Shown here piece after piece: positions 10,180 to 18,740 of a DNA stretch of 64,000 nt. Position 1 is the first letter of the stretch, and every line of letters begins with the position of its first letter. The notes under the pieces were generated by a model. The model searched no databases and was not told the origin of the DNA. It saw only the letters and a list, made by a program, of their open reading frames with translations. Both the position numbers and the translations under genes were made by a program. The DNA comes from an uncultured bacterium (GTDB lineage: Bacteria > Krumholzibacteriota > Krumholzibacteriia > LZORAL124-64-63), in NCBI GenBank assembly GCA_963727525.1, contig CAVSGO010000007.1, positions 320,001 to 384,000 on the forward strand, given 5' to 3'.

Positions 10180-10426
10180 GGCGGAGTGGGCGCTTTCTGG
10201 GAGGAAAGGGGTAGCGAAAATATAGCGAAACAAAACTGCGGGGCGCAAGTGGATAACCCAATAATTGTTGAGCAATTAAGCTCTCATATCTACGGGTGTG
10301 CCTATTGGGGAAATATTGTGCCGTCGCACGAATTCCGGTCGTTTTCGGTAGCCGATAACTATGAAATTCGGTTAGAATCCTGCAATCGAGGATGTGGATC
10401 CCACCTCGAGACACGGGGAGCCTCCC

Positions 10427-10743
10427 ATGAAGACCCGAAGCTGTCGTCTGTTTCTTGGCTACGGTAGCTGCGTTGCTTTGGTACTTCGTCCCGATATGCC
10501 TATGGTGCTGGCTATCAAGCAGACCAATCAGTCGAAGGCAATCCTGTCCCCGGTGATCCTTTAGGTGGCGTTCAGGATGCCCTAAGTGGTGGCGGTGGGC
10601 CGAATGGCGACAATCCAGTGTTTGTCATAGTTATTGGACCTTCCGAGTGCGTTCGTGGGCTTCACCACTCTGCTCCGTGGATCGTACTTGATAAAGCCGA
10701 TCTTCGGATTGTCGCGGTTCAGCTGCGCGGTGAAGTGCATTAA
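10427..10743 (+). pseudogene. Putative small secreted peptide gene, apparently frameshifted
   Basis: RBS GGGGAG at 10415-10420 then ATG 10427; hydrophobic stretch EAVVCFLATVAALLWYFVP in one frame; open frame 10468-10743 (YAYGAGYQADQSVEGNPVPGDPLGGVQDALSGGGGPNGDNPVFVIVIG...) ending in TAA that overlaps the next ATG (TAATG). Joining needs two single-base deletions. Confidence 0.4.
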
Positions 10744-13235
10744 TGTATCACATCGTGCACCTACATCTAAGTGGCATGCAGACAATGAATGAGCTTCGTA
10801 GAAACGCGGAAACCCTCGATAAAGCAGTCGATCCTCAGGTCTTCGATGAGGCGAAGTCTTGTTTTGAAACGGAGAATTCCAAGACAGTCTGGCAATATTG
10901 TGGCGCAACTCCTTTCCGGATCCCAATCCACAATCGCTTTAGCGGGTATTTGTGTTCGCGATTGTTGGGTCTAGCTGGCGTGGAATCATGCAAAAGCTCG
11001 GTAGATATGATGAGTGTACGGAGTTGTTGGACTGGCTCGCAAAACAATTGGACGATGACGTAACGTTATTTGAGATCGAGCTAATTCGTGGTTGGGTCCA
11101 ATTTTGTAGATGCGGGTACGAGCTGCTAGAGTCGGAATTTTCAGACAAGATTTCGCAAGCGGTTGAGTCTTGGCATCCGAGGCTGGCAGATCTTTTATTC
11201 ATACGTGCAAATGCCCGGATGATGTTAGACCGACGCGCAGATGCCAAATTCGACTGCGAAGTTGGCTACCAGATATCCCGAATTCAGGCGAAGCGTCACG
11301 ACTCCGCAAAGTTTGCTAATCTACTTGGTATCCTGGAAGTTTATCAGGGTTTTTACATGCGGGCAGTCGAGTGGTTCGAGGAAGCATATCGTCTTAATCT
11401 TGAACTCAATATATTCGCGCGACTGTGGGATGAATTGCTTAAATATAGGTGTTGCATGCTATAAAGCCGGATATCTCGACAAATCAGTTGACCACTTGGA
11501 CAGGGCACTCGCGTATTTTACGGATTTTGCAATTCCAATCAGTCTCACCCGCACCCACATCGCCCTTGGCAACGTCCACCGCCTCCTGGAAGACCACACC
11601 ACCGCCCGCAAACATCTGACTCAGGCCTACACGCTGGCGGCGGAGTTGAAGGTGCCGCGCGAGGAGTGTCTGGCGCTCGAATTCCTTGGCGACGTCTATC
11701 GCGATGAGGGCAAGCCGGAGGAGGCGCGGCGTTACTACGCGCGCGGGATGGCGATCGCGCAGGAGATCGCGCCCAGGGGTGACCTGGTGATGGAGTTGCG
11801 GCGTCGGGAGGGCGAGTGTCTGACGCTGGAGGGCAAGGTGGCGGCGGCGTTGCCGGTGCTGAACGAGGCGCGCAAGCATGCGGCGCGGCTGGGGGATCGT
11901 TACGAGGAAGGGGTGACGCTGCGTTGCCTGGCGCAGGCGATGCAGGCGATCGGCGATGTGCGCAACGCGCAGCGTTACGCGGAGGAGGCGTGCGATCTGC
12001 TGGGGGCGATCGAGGCGCGGCTGGAGCATCTGTCGGCGCGGTTGGTGGCGGGTCAGGCGTTGATCGCGCGCAGTAGCGACGTCAAGGAGGAGGTGGCGCC
12101 GCGGGATCTGCTGGATGCGGCCTGGGAGCATGGTGTGGCGGCGCAGGCGCTGAGCCGTGAGGTGGGGATCGCGTCGTGGTCGTCATCGGTGCAGCGGATG
12201 CAGTCGCGGATCGCGAAGCGGCGGATGGAGGAGACGCGTTACGCGGTGCGGCGCGTGCAGAGCAAGGACGATCGCTACGAGGCGCGGGACGTGATCGTGG
12301 CGCAGTCGCGTTCGATGCAGGAGGTGCTGCAGGCAGTCGAGGCGTTTGCTCCGTACGACGAGCCGGTGCTGGTGATCGGGGAGACGGGGACGGGCAAGGA
12401 AGTGATCGCGCGGCGCTTGCATGAGCTGAGTCCGCGGCAGGGGAAGCCGTTCGTGGCGGTGAACATGACGGCGGTGCCGACGACGATGTTCGAGCGTGAG
12501 TTCTTCGGCCACGTGCGGGGTGCGTTCAGCGGGGCGGAGATGGACCGGACGGGCTACGCGGCGGAGGCAGATGGGGGGACGCTGTTCCTGGACGAGGTCG
12601 GGGACATGCCGTCGGAGGTGCAGGCGAAGCTGCTGCGGTTGCTGCAGGACGGATCTTACAACGTGCTCGGGGATCCGGACACGCGGTATGCGGATCTGCG
12701 GGTGATCGCGGCGACGAACCTGGATCTCGAGGAGGCGGTGGCTCAGGGGAAGTTCCGGGAAGACCTTTTCTACAGGTTACGGATCCTGGAGATCCACCTG
12801 GCGCCGTTGCGGAAGCGGCCCGAGGACGTGTTGCCGCTGCTGGAGCACTTTCTGAGCGAGGCTGTGGGGCGGAAGGTGGCGGCGACGGATTACTTCAGCA
12901 CGCAGAGCCTGGGCCTGCTGCAGCGTTACCCGTGGGCAGGGAATGCGCGCGAGGTGGCGTTGATCGCGCGTCGGGCGGCGATCAGCCAGAAGGTGCTGGG
13001 CGTGGTGGACGTGGAACTGGGCAGCGGTCGCGACGCGTTGGTGCTGGCGGGTCCGGGTCGTCAGGCGAAAGCGGCGGCGGGATCGTCGGGCGCGGGGGAG
13101 GTCGCGGAGCTGTCGCGGGCGCGGTTGCTGCTGGCGCTGGAGGAAGCGGGAGGCAATCGGGCGGAGGCGGCGCGGCGGCTGGGGATCTCGCGGGCGGCGC
13201 TGTACCGGCGGCTGGAGAGATTCGGTTTCGACTAG
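10743..13235 (+). pseudogene. TPR-containing sigma54-dependent transcriptional activator (bEBP) whose 5' part is broken by two apparent frameshifts; C-terminal frame (from about 11427) intact
   Basis: Walker A GETGTGKE, GHVRGAFSGA, Walker B LFLDEV, FREDLFYRL, WAGNARE, Fis-type HTH GNRAEAARRLGISRAALYRRL; TPR-like helices in track ORFs 10743..11063, 10952..11464 and 11241..13235 join by adding one A at 10992-10995 and removing T11426. Confidence 0.75.
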
Positions 13236-14455
13236 CCATCGTTGGCCATGGCCGCTCCGGCGATGGCGCCGCCGGTCCAGGCGGCCTGCAGATTGAAACC
13301 TCCCGTGATGCCATCGATATCGAGGATCTCGCCGGCGAAGTAGAGGCCGGCTACGCGTTTGCTCTCCATGCAGCGCAGGTCGACCTCGGTGAGCGTTACG
13401 CCGCCGCAGGTGACGAACTCGTCCTTGTTCAGGCTCTTTCCCGTCACGGCGAAGCGTGCGTCGTGGATCTGTGTGGCAAGGGCGCGGGTCTCCACCTTCG
13501 TCAATTCGGTCCAGATGCGATCGGGCGCGATCCCGGCGGCGCTGGTGAGCCGTTCCCAGAGTCGGCGGGGGACGCCGATCGCCGGTCCCCCGGCGACCTT
13601 CTTGCGCGGGTGCTCCTGTCGGGCCTGGGCGATGGCGGAGGCGAGGTCGTCGGGATGGAGGTCGGGCGCCCAGTCGATCGCGATCTCGAACAGGTAATCG
13701 CGCATGGCGAGTTCGCGCGCTCCCCAGGCCGAGAGTTTGAGCACGCCAGGGCCACTGATGCCCCAGTGTGTGACGAGCACCGGGCCCTGCTGGCGCAGGC
13801 TCTTGATGCCGGTCACGGCGACGACCGCGTCGGGCACGCTGACGCCCGCCAGGTCGGCGAGTCGCGGGTCGTCGATGCGAAACGTGAAGAGAGAGGGCAC
13901 GGGATCGATGATCGCGTGGCCAAGCGCGCGCACGAGCGTTTCGCCGCCGCCGGCGCGCATGCCGCCGGATGCCACGAGCAGTCGGTCGCCGTGAACGGTC
14001 GCCCCGGACTCGAGGGTGACGACGAAGCCGTCGTCGTCGCGTCGCACCGAGGTGGCTCCGCAGCGCAGGCGCAGCTCCACGCCGGCCGCCTCGGCGGCGC
14101 CGAGGAGGGCGTCGATGACTGTCTGCGACGAGTCGGTGGTGGGGAACATGCGACCGTCGGACTCGGTCTTCAGGGGCACGCCGTGCTCCGCGAACCAGGC
14201 GACCGTCTGGGGCACGTGCCAGCGACTGAAGGGGCCGCGCAGCTCGCGGCCGCCACGCGGATAGCTCGCGACGAGGATGCGGGGGTCGTGGCAGTCGTGA
14301 GTGACGTTGCAGCGTCCGCCGCCCGAGATGGCCACCTTGGTCAGCGGTCGCGGTCCCTTCTCGAGTACCACGACCTGGGCGCCGTGCTGCGCGGCGTGGA
14401 TAGCGGCGAAGGTGCCGGCGGCGCCGGCGCCGATGACGACGATCCGTCGGGCCAT
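13232..14455 (-). CDS. NAD(P)/FAD-dependent oxidoreductase, HI0933/BaiN family
   Basis: VIGAGAAG, KVAISGGGRCNVT, GRMFP, VTHWGISGP, VTCGGV, GLYFAGEILDIDGITGGFNLQAAWTGG. Confidence 0.92.
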   Translation of the reverse strand: MARRIVVIGAGAAGTFAAIHAAQHGAQVVVLEKGPRPLTKVAISGGGRCNVTHDCHDPRILVASYPRGGRELRGPFSRWHVPQTVAWFAEHGVPLKTESDGRMFPTTDSSQTVIDALLGAAEAAGVELRLRCGATSVRRDDDGFVVTLESGATVHGDRLLVASGGMRAGGGETLVRALGHAIIDPVPSLFTFRIDDPRLADLAGVSVPDAVVAVTGIKSLRQQGPVLVTHWGISGPGVLKLSAWGARELAMRDYLFEIAIDWAPDLHPDDLASAIAQARQEHPRKKVAGGPAIGVPRRLWERLTSAAGIAPDRIWTELTKVETRALATQIHDARFAVTGKSLNKDEFVTCGGVTLTEVDLRCMESKRVAGLYFAGEILDIDGITGGFNLQAAWTGGAIAGAAMANDG

Positions 14456-14457
14456 GC

Positions 14458-15297
14458 TCACACTTGCCTCCGCGCGCCAACCGTGAGCGCGACGATGTAG
14501 ATGATGGCGGCCACGAGAATGGTCGCCGCACCAGTCGGGAGGTCCCAGCGATAACTCGCCGCCAGGCCGACCGTGGTGGCCACGGCGCAGATGACGACTG
14601 CGCCAGCCATCATGGTGCCGAGTCGGGAAGTGAATCGGCCGGCGGCCGCGGCCGGCAAGGTGAGCAGGGCGATGGCCATGACGATGCCGACGACGTATAC
14701 CAGGCTCACGACCGTGAGCGCCACCAGCACGAGGAGTAACGTATGCCATAGACCGACGTGCAGTCCGCGCAGTGCCGCGAATTCCTCGTCGAACGCGACG
14801 GCGAGCAGCGGCTGGGCGAAGATCGCGGTGATGCCGAGCACGAGTGCATCGAGGACCAGGAGCACGCCGAGCGCGCGCCCATCGACCATCACGATGTTTC
14901 CGAAGAGGTAGCTCATGAGATCGGACTTGTAGCCGGGCGTGCGAAAGAGGAAGAGCACGCCTATGGCCATGCCAACGGCCCAGAGCGCGGAGATGATGGT
15001 GTCCTCGCGATCCGTGCCGCGGGCGCGAGCCCAGCCGAGGATCAGGGCCGCGACGATCGCGGCGGCCACCGCCCCGTGCAAGGGATGCAGCCCGGTCCAG
15101 CCCTGCGTCACGTGCAGGTAATATGCGGCGCCCATTCCGCCGAGGATGGTGTGGGCGAGGCTTCCGGCAACGGCCGTGATGCGACGGGTGACCACGAAGG
15201 TGCCGATCACGCCGCAGGCGAGGCTGGCCGCGAGTCCGGCCAGGAGGGCCTGGCGCAGGAAAGCGTAATGACGCAGCGCGTCCAGGAAATCAGGCAT
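14458..15297 (-). CDS. znuB: Zn/Mn ABC transporter permease
   Basis: Multi-TM; GVIGTFVVTRR...SLAHTILGG, YLFGNI, AFDEEFA; overlaps the ATPase gene. Confidence 0.88.
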   Translation of the reverse strand: MPDFLDALRHYAFLRQALLAGLAASLACGVIGTFVVTRRITAVAGSLAHTILGGMGAAYYLHVTQGWTGLHPLHGAVAAAIVAALILGWARARGTDREDTIISALWAVGMAIGVLFLFRTPGYKSDLMSYLFGNIVMVDGRALGVLLVLDALVLGITAIFAQPLLAVAFDEEFAALRGLHVGLWHTLLLVLVALTVVSLVYVVGIVMAIALLTLPAAAAGRFTSRLGTMMAGAVVICAVATTVGLAASYRWDLPTGAATILVAAIIYIVALTVGARRQV

Positions 15298-16057
15298 CGG
15301 AATCCCCGGTCGGTGGCGGGCAGGTGTCGTGGTCATGGCGCACGAGCACCATCCCATCCATGCCGGGAAAGTAGTCAGCCAGCTCGCCGCCGATTTCGCT
15401 CGTCGCGGGTTTGTGCACGTGGCCGTCGTGGACGCATACGACCTGACGAACGTGGCGCGACACGACGCTCACGTCGTGCGAGACCACCATGATCGTCAGG
15501 TGGGCGTTGAGCTGGGACAGCAGTTCGTAGAGCTCGCGCGTCGCGGCGGGGTCGAGCCCGGCCGTGGGTTCGTCCAGGAGCAGCAGCTCGGGCTCGGTGG
15601 CGAGCGCGCGCGCGATGAGCACACGCTGCCGCTGACCGCCGGAGAGGGCGGCGAAGGGGCGCTCGGCGAGGTCGGCGGCTTCGACGGCCGCGAGCGTACG
15701 CATGGCGGCGTCGCGGTCGCGGGCCGAGGGTGGGCCCAGCGGTGGGCGCGGTCCGAGGCGTCCCAGCATGACGACCTGGCGCACCGTGATGGGAAATGCG
15801 TGATCGAGGCGCGACTGCTGGGGCAGGTAGCCCACGCGCGGACGCGCCCTTGCCGGTCGCTCGCCGAGTACGCGCACATCGCCGGCCGTGGGTGCGAGCA
15901 GCCCGAGCACGAGCTTGAGGATCGTGGTCTTGCCGCTGCCGTTGGGACCGATGAGCGCGGCGAAGCCGCCGGTGGGCACCGTCAGCATGACGTCATGAAG
16001 AACGGACGTGCGCCCGTAACCGAAAGCCACCCCCTGCAGGCTCACGGCCGCGCTCAT
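15290..16057 (-). CDS. znuC: Zn/Mn ABC transporter ATP-binding protein
   Basis: GPNGSGKTT, VGYLPQ, LSGGQRQR, LLLLDEPT, VSHD; His-rich C-terminus. Confidence 0.9.
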   Translation of the reverse strand: MSAAVSLQGVAFGYGRTSVLHDVMLTVPTGGFAALIGPNGSGKTTILKLVLGLLAPTAGDVRVLGERPARARPRVGYLPQQSRLDHAFPITVRQVVMLGRLGPRPPLGPPSARDRDAAMRTLAAVEAADLAERPFAALSGGQRQRVLIARALATEPELLLLDEPTAGLDPAATRELYELLSQLNAHLTIMVVSHDVSVVSRHVRQVVCVHDGHVHKPATSEIGGELADYFPGMDGMVLVRHDHDTCPPPTGDSDA

Positions 16058-16905
16058 GGCGCCTCCTTCGCGAGCCCCCGCGCGATCGCAGCGGCGATCC
16101 GGCGCAGGTTGGCGACCACGTCACGCGCGAGCGGATCGACCGTGATCACCTCCAGGTCGGCATCTTCGGCCACGGTGCGGGCCGACGTGGCCGCGAACTG
16201 GGGTTGCACGAAGATCGCCCGCGCGCCCTGGCGGCGCACAGTTGCGAGCACCGACGCCAGATGGCGCGGACTCGGCTCGAGGCCACCGGTCTCGATCGGC
16301 AGTTCGTGCAGACCATAGTCGCGGCACAGGTAGGCGAACGCCGGATGAAAGACGACGAGTGTGCGTCCCTGCACCGGCGCGAGCTGTACGCGTAGCTCGC
16401 GATCGACGGCGACGAGCGAATCGCGTACGGCAAGGCCGCGCTCGCGGTAGGTGTCGGCGTGCGCAGGGTCGAGCCGGGTGAGCGTGGCTGCAATCGTGGC
16501 TGCCTGGTGCGCGCACGGGAGCGGACTCAGCCAGATGTGAGGATCGGCTTCGCCGTGCGCATGGTCGTCATCGGTGATCAGCGTGCAGCCCTCCCGCAGA
16601 TCGACGACTTCGAGATTGGGAAACAGCCGCGCGATCCGTCCGGCCAGCGTGTTTTCCATGGGCACGCCCGCGCGCAGCCAGACGCGAGCGCCCTGGAGGG
16701 CGGTCAGCTCGCGGGGCGTGGGGTCGTAGGTCTGTGGCGACTGCCCCGGCCCGACCAGGACGTGGACGTCGACGAGATCACCACCGATCGCCGCCGCCAG
16801 GCCCGCGTGGGGCAGGATGCTGACGATCACGGGCAGGGGCGCCGCCGAGGCGGTGCCCGCGAGGGCAGCGGTCATCACGAACGCGATGAGCGCATGGCGG
16901 ACCAT
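16054..16905 (-). CDS. znuA: Zn/Mn ABC transporter substrate-binding protein
   Basis: Signal peptide; PGQSPQTYDPTP, DDDHAHGEADPHIWLSP, FHPAFAYL. Confidence 0.88.
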   Translation of the reverse strand: MVRHALIAFVMTAALAGTASAAPLPVIVSILPHAGLAAAIGGDLVDVHVLVGPGQSPQTYDPTPRELTALQGARVWLRAGVPMENTLAGRIARLFPNLEVVDLREGCTLITDDDHAHGEADPHIWLSPLPCAHQAATIAATLTRLDPAHADTYRERGLAVRDSLVAVDRELRVQLAPVQGRTLVVFHPAFAYLCRDYGLHELPIETGGLEPSPRHLASVLATVRRQGARAIFVQPQFAATSARTVAEDADLEVITVDPLARDVVANLRRIAAAIARGLAKEAP

Positions 16906-16908
16906 CGT

Positions 16909-17343
16909 TCAGTCTCCCTCCCGGCAGCGATCGCAGCGACCGCGCACCTGCACCTCGACCTCGCCGCGGCGTAGCGCACGCGGATCCCGGCGTGTCCCGT
17001 GCAGCGCCACCGTGGCCGCCGGCAGACACTGCACGGTGCCGCAAGCGGTGCAGACGAAGTGCGGGTGCGAGCTTGACCCGTGAGAGGTCCGGCTGTCCTC
17101 GAATCGCCAGAGGCGGTCGCCCAGCTCGGTGCGCCGGGCCAGTCCGACCCGGACGAGATCACAGAGATTCCGGTAGAGGGTCGCGCGGTCGAAGCTGCGA
17201 CCACGGAGGGCTGCCGTGACTTCGGGATGGGAGAGCGGCACGGCGCGCTCGCGCAGCAGGGCGAGCACGGCGAGTCGCGGGGCCGTGATGCGCAGGCCGG
17301 CGTGGTGGAGATCACGGCGCAGATCGGTGGCGTCGACCGCCAT
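16909..17343 (-). CDS. zur: Fur-family metalloregulator, probably Zur
   Basis: GLRITAPRLAVL, DRATLYRNL, HPHFVCTACG, GRCDRC; heads the znuACB operon. Confidence 0.82.
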   Translation of the reverse strand: MAVDATDLRRDLHHAGLRITAPRLAVLALLRERAVPLSHPEVTAALRGRSFDRATLYRNLCDLVRVGLARRTELGDRLWRFEDSRTSHGSSSHPHFVCTACGTVQCLPAATVALHGTRRDPRALRRGEVEVQVRGRCDRCREGD

Positions 17344-17382
17344 GGATACGCTCCTCGCGGATGAAGGCCGGGGCCAAGCTAA

Positions 17383-17416
17383 CGCAATCCTGTTGCAATT
17401 GCAACGGCGCAGTTGC
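17383..17416. promoter_or_regulatory. Putative Fur/Zur-family operator between zur and the divergent metallophosphoesterase gene
   Basis: Overlapping inverted repeats GCAA-TCCTG-TTGC, perfect palindrome GTTGCAATTGCAAC (17392-17405) and GCAAC-GGCGCA-GTTGC. Confidence 0.5.
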
Positions 17417-17447
17417 CGGATCGCGGCGGGACGATCACTCTAGGATC

Positions 17448-18635
17448 ATGGCGAGACTTGCCGAATTCCTCTCCCTGCTCTCCCTGCAACTCGCTGCAGG
17501 TCTGGTCGGACTGGGCGTGCTGCGGTTCGCGCTGCCCGCGTGGTGGAGACGCCGCGGTGTGCGCCGCATGGCGCTGGGCGTGCTGACGATCGATCTGCTG
17601 TTGCCGCTCGCCTGGTTCGTCCTCGCGCGCGATGGGACGGCCCAGATCGCCGACGGACTCGTGCCGCTCCTTATTCTCCTCTTTGCGGGGCAGGGGGCGC
17701 TGGCCATCGGCCTGGCGCTCGTGGCCCTGCTGAAGGCGGCCTCGCGGCGCCCGCTGGGTGCGAACGCGCCGGCTCATCCCGGCCGGCGGCGCTTCCTGCT
17801 GGGGGCGGCCGCCGCCGCGGTTCCGGTGGCGGCGGCGTCGGTGTGCGGGGCGGGCGTCGCGGAGGCGGGACAGGTCGCCCGTCTTCGCTTGCGCACGGTG
17901 CGCCTCCCGCGTCTGCCGGCGGCGCTTGAGGGGATGCGCATCCTGCACATCTCCGACGTCCATCTCTGGACTCTCGTGCACGTGGACGATCTGGCGCGCG
18001 CGCTGGACCAGGTGACGCCGGGCGACGCAGACCTCGTGTGCGTGACCGGTGATCTGGCCGACGACTTCACGCAGCTACCGGACGCGCTGGAGCGAATCGC
18101 GGCACTTGCGCCGCCGCTGGGATGCTTCGCGAGCCTTGGCAATCACGAGCACGCGCGGGGTCTCGAGAAATGTCTGCCCATCTTCGCGGCAGGACCCGTC
18201 TCGCTGCTGAGGACCGCTGGACGGCATTTGCGATGGCGGGATACGGACCTCTCTCTGCTCGGTATCGACGATCCGCGCGCGAATGTGCACCAGAGCCGGG
18301 CGGATTTCTACAAGCAGCAAGTGGCCAGCGTGATGGCGCCCGTTCCGGCGGATACTTTCACCATCCTCATGAGCCATCGCCCGCCCGGTTTCGACGAGGC
18401 GGCGCGGCACGGCATCGATCTCACGCTCTCCGGCCACACGCACGGTGGGCAGGCCGCTTTGTTCGGGCACTCGATCCTGGAAGTCACGAGCCCGGAGAAG
18501 TACCCATGGGGCGTGTACCGGCTGGGCGAGAGCGTGCTACACGTCACCTGCGGGGCGGGGCAGTGGTTTCCTTTCCGCCTGGGATGTCCTGCGGAACTCG
18601 TGATGCTGGAGTTGCGACGAGGCGAGCCGGCCTGA
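17448..18635 (+). CDS. Membrane-anchored metallophosphoesterase (YkuE/YaeI-like)
   Basis: N-terminal TM helices, RRRFL motif, HISDVH, TGDLAD, LGNHE, LMSHRP, LSGHTHGGQ. Confidence 0.88.
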   Translation: MARLAEFLSLLSLQLAAGLVGLGVLRFALPAWWRRRGVRRMALGVLTIDLLLPLAWFVLARDGTAQIADGLVPLLILLFAGQGALAIGLALVALLKAASRRPLGANAPAHPGRRRFLLGAAAAAVPVAAASVCGAGVAEAGQVARLRLRTVRLPRLPAALEGMRILHISDVHLWTLVHVDDLARALDQVTPGDADLVCVTGDLADDFTQLPDALERIAALAPPLGCFASLGNHEHARGLEKCLPIFAAGPVSLLRTAGRHLRWRDTDLSLLGIDDPRANVHQSRADFYKQQVASVMAPVPADTFTILMSHRPPGFDEAARHGIDLTLSGHTHGGQAALFGHSILEVTSPEKYPWGVYRLGESVLHVTCGAGQWFPFRLGCPAELVMLELRRGEPA

Positions 18636-18740
18636 CCGACGCCCCGGGCCTTGCCAGGATGCGGCCAACACGCCAACTTTGCAGGGACCATCGGATTCGC
18701 CCCCGGCGGCCTCACCTTGCTTGCGAGGAGCGTGATCAAC

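Noticed and set aside
10200-11545. Diversity-generating retroelement or phase variation as the cause of the variable segment
   Set aside because: No reverse transcriptase, template repeat or long homopolymer tract seen
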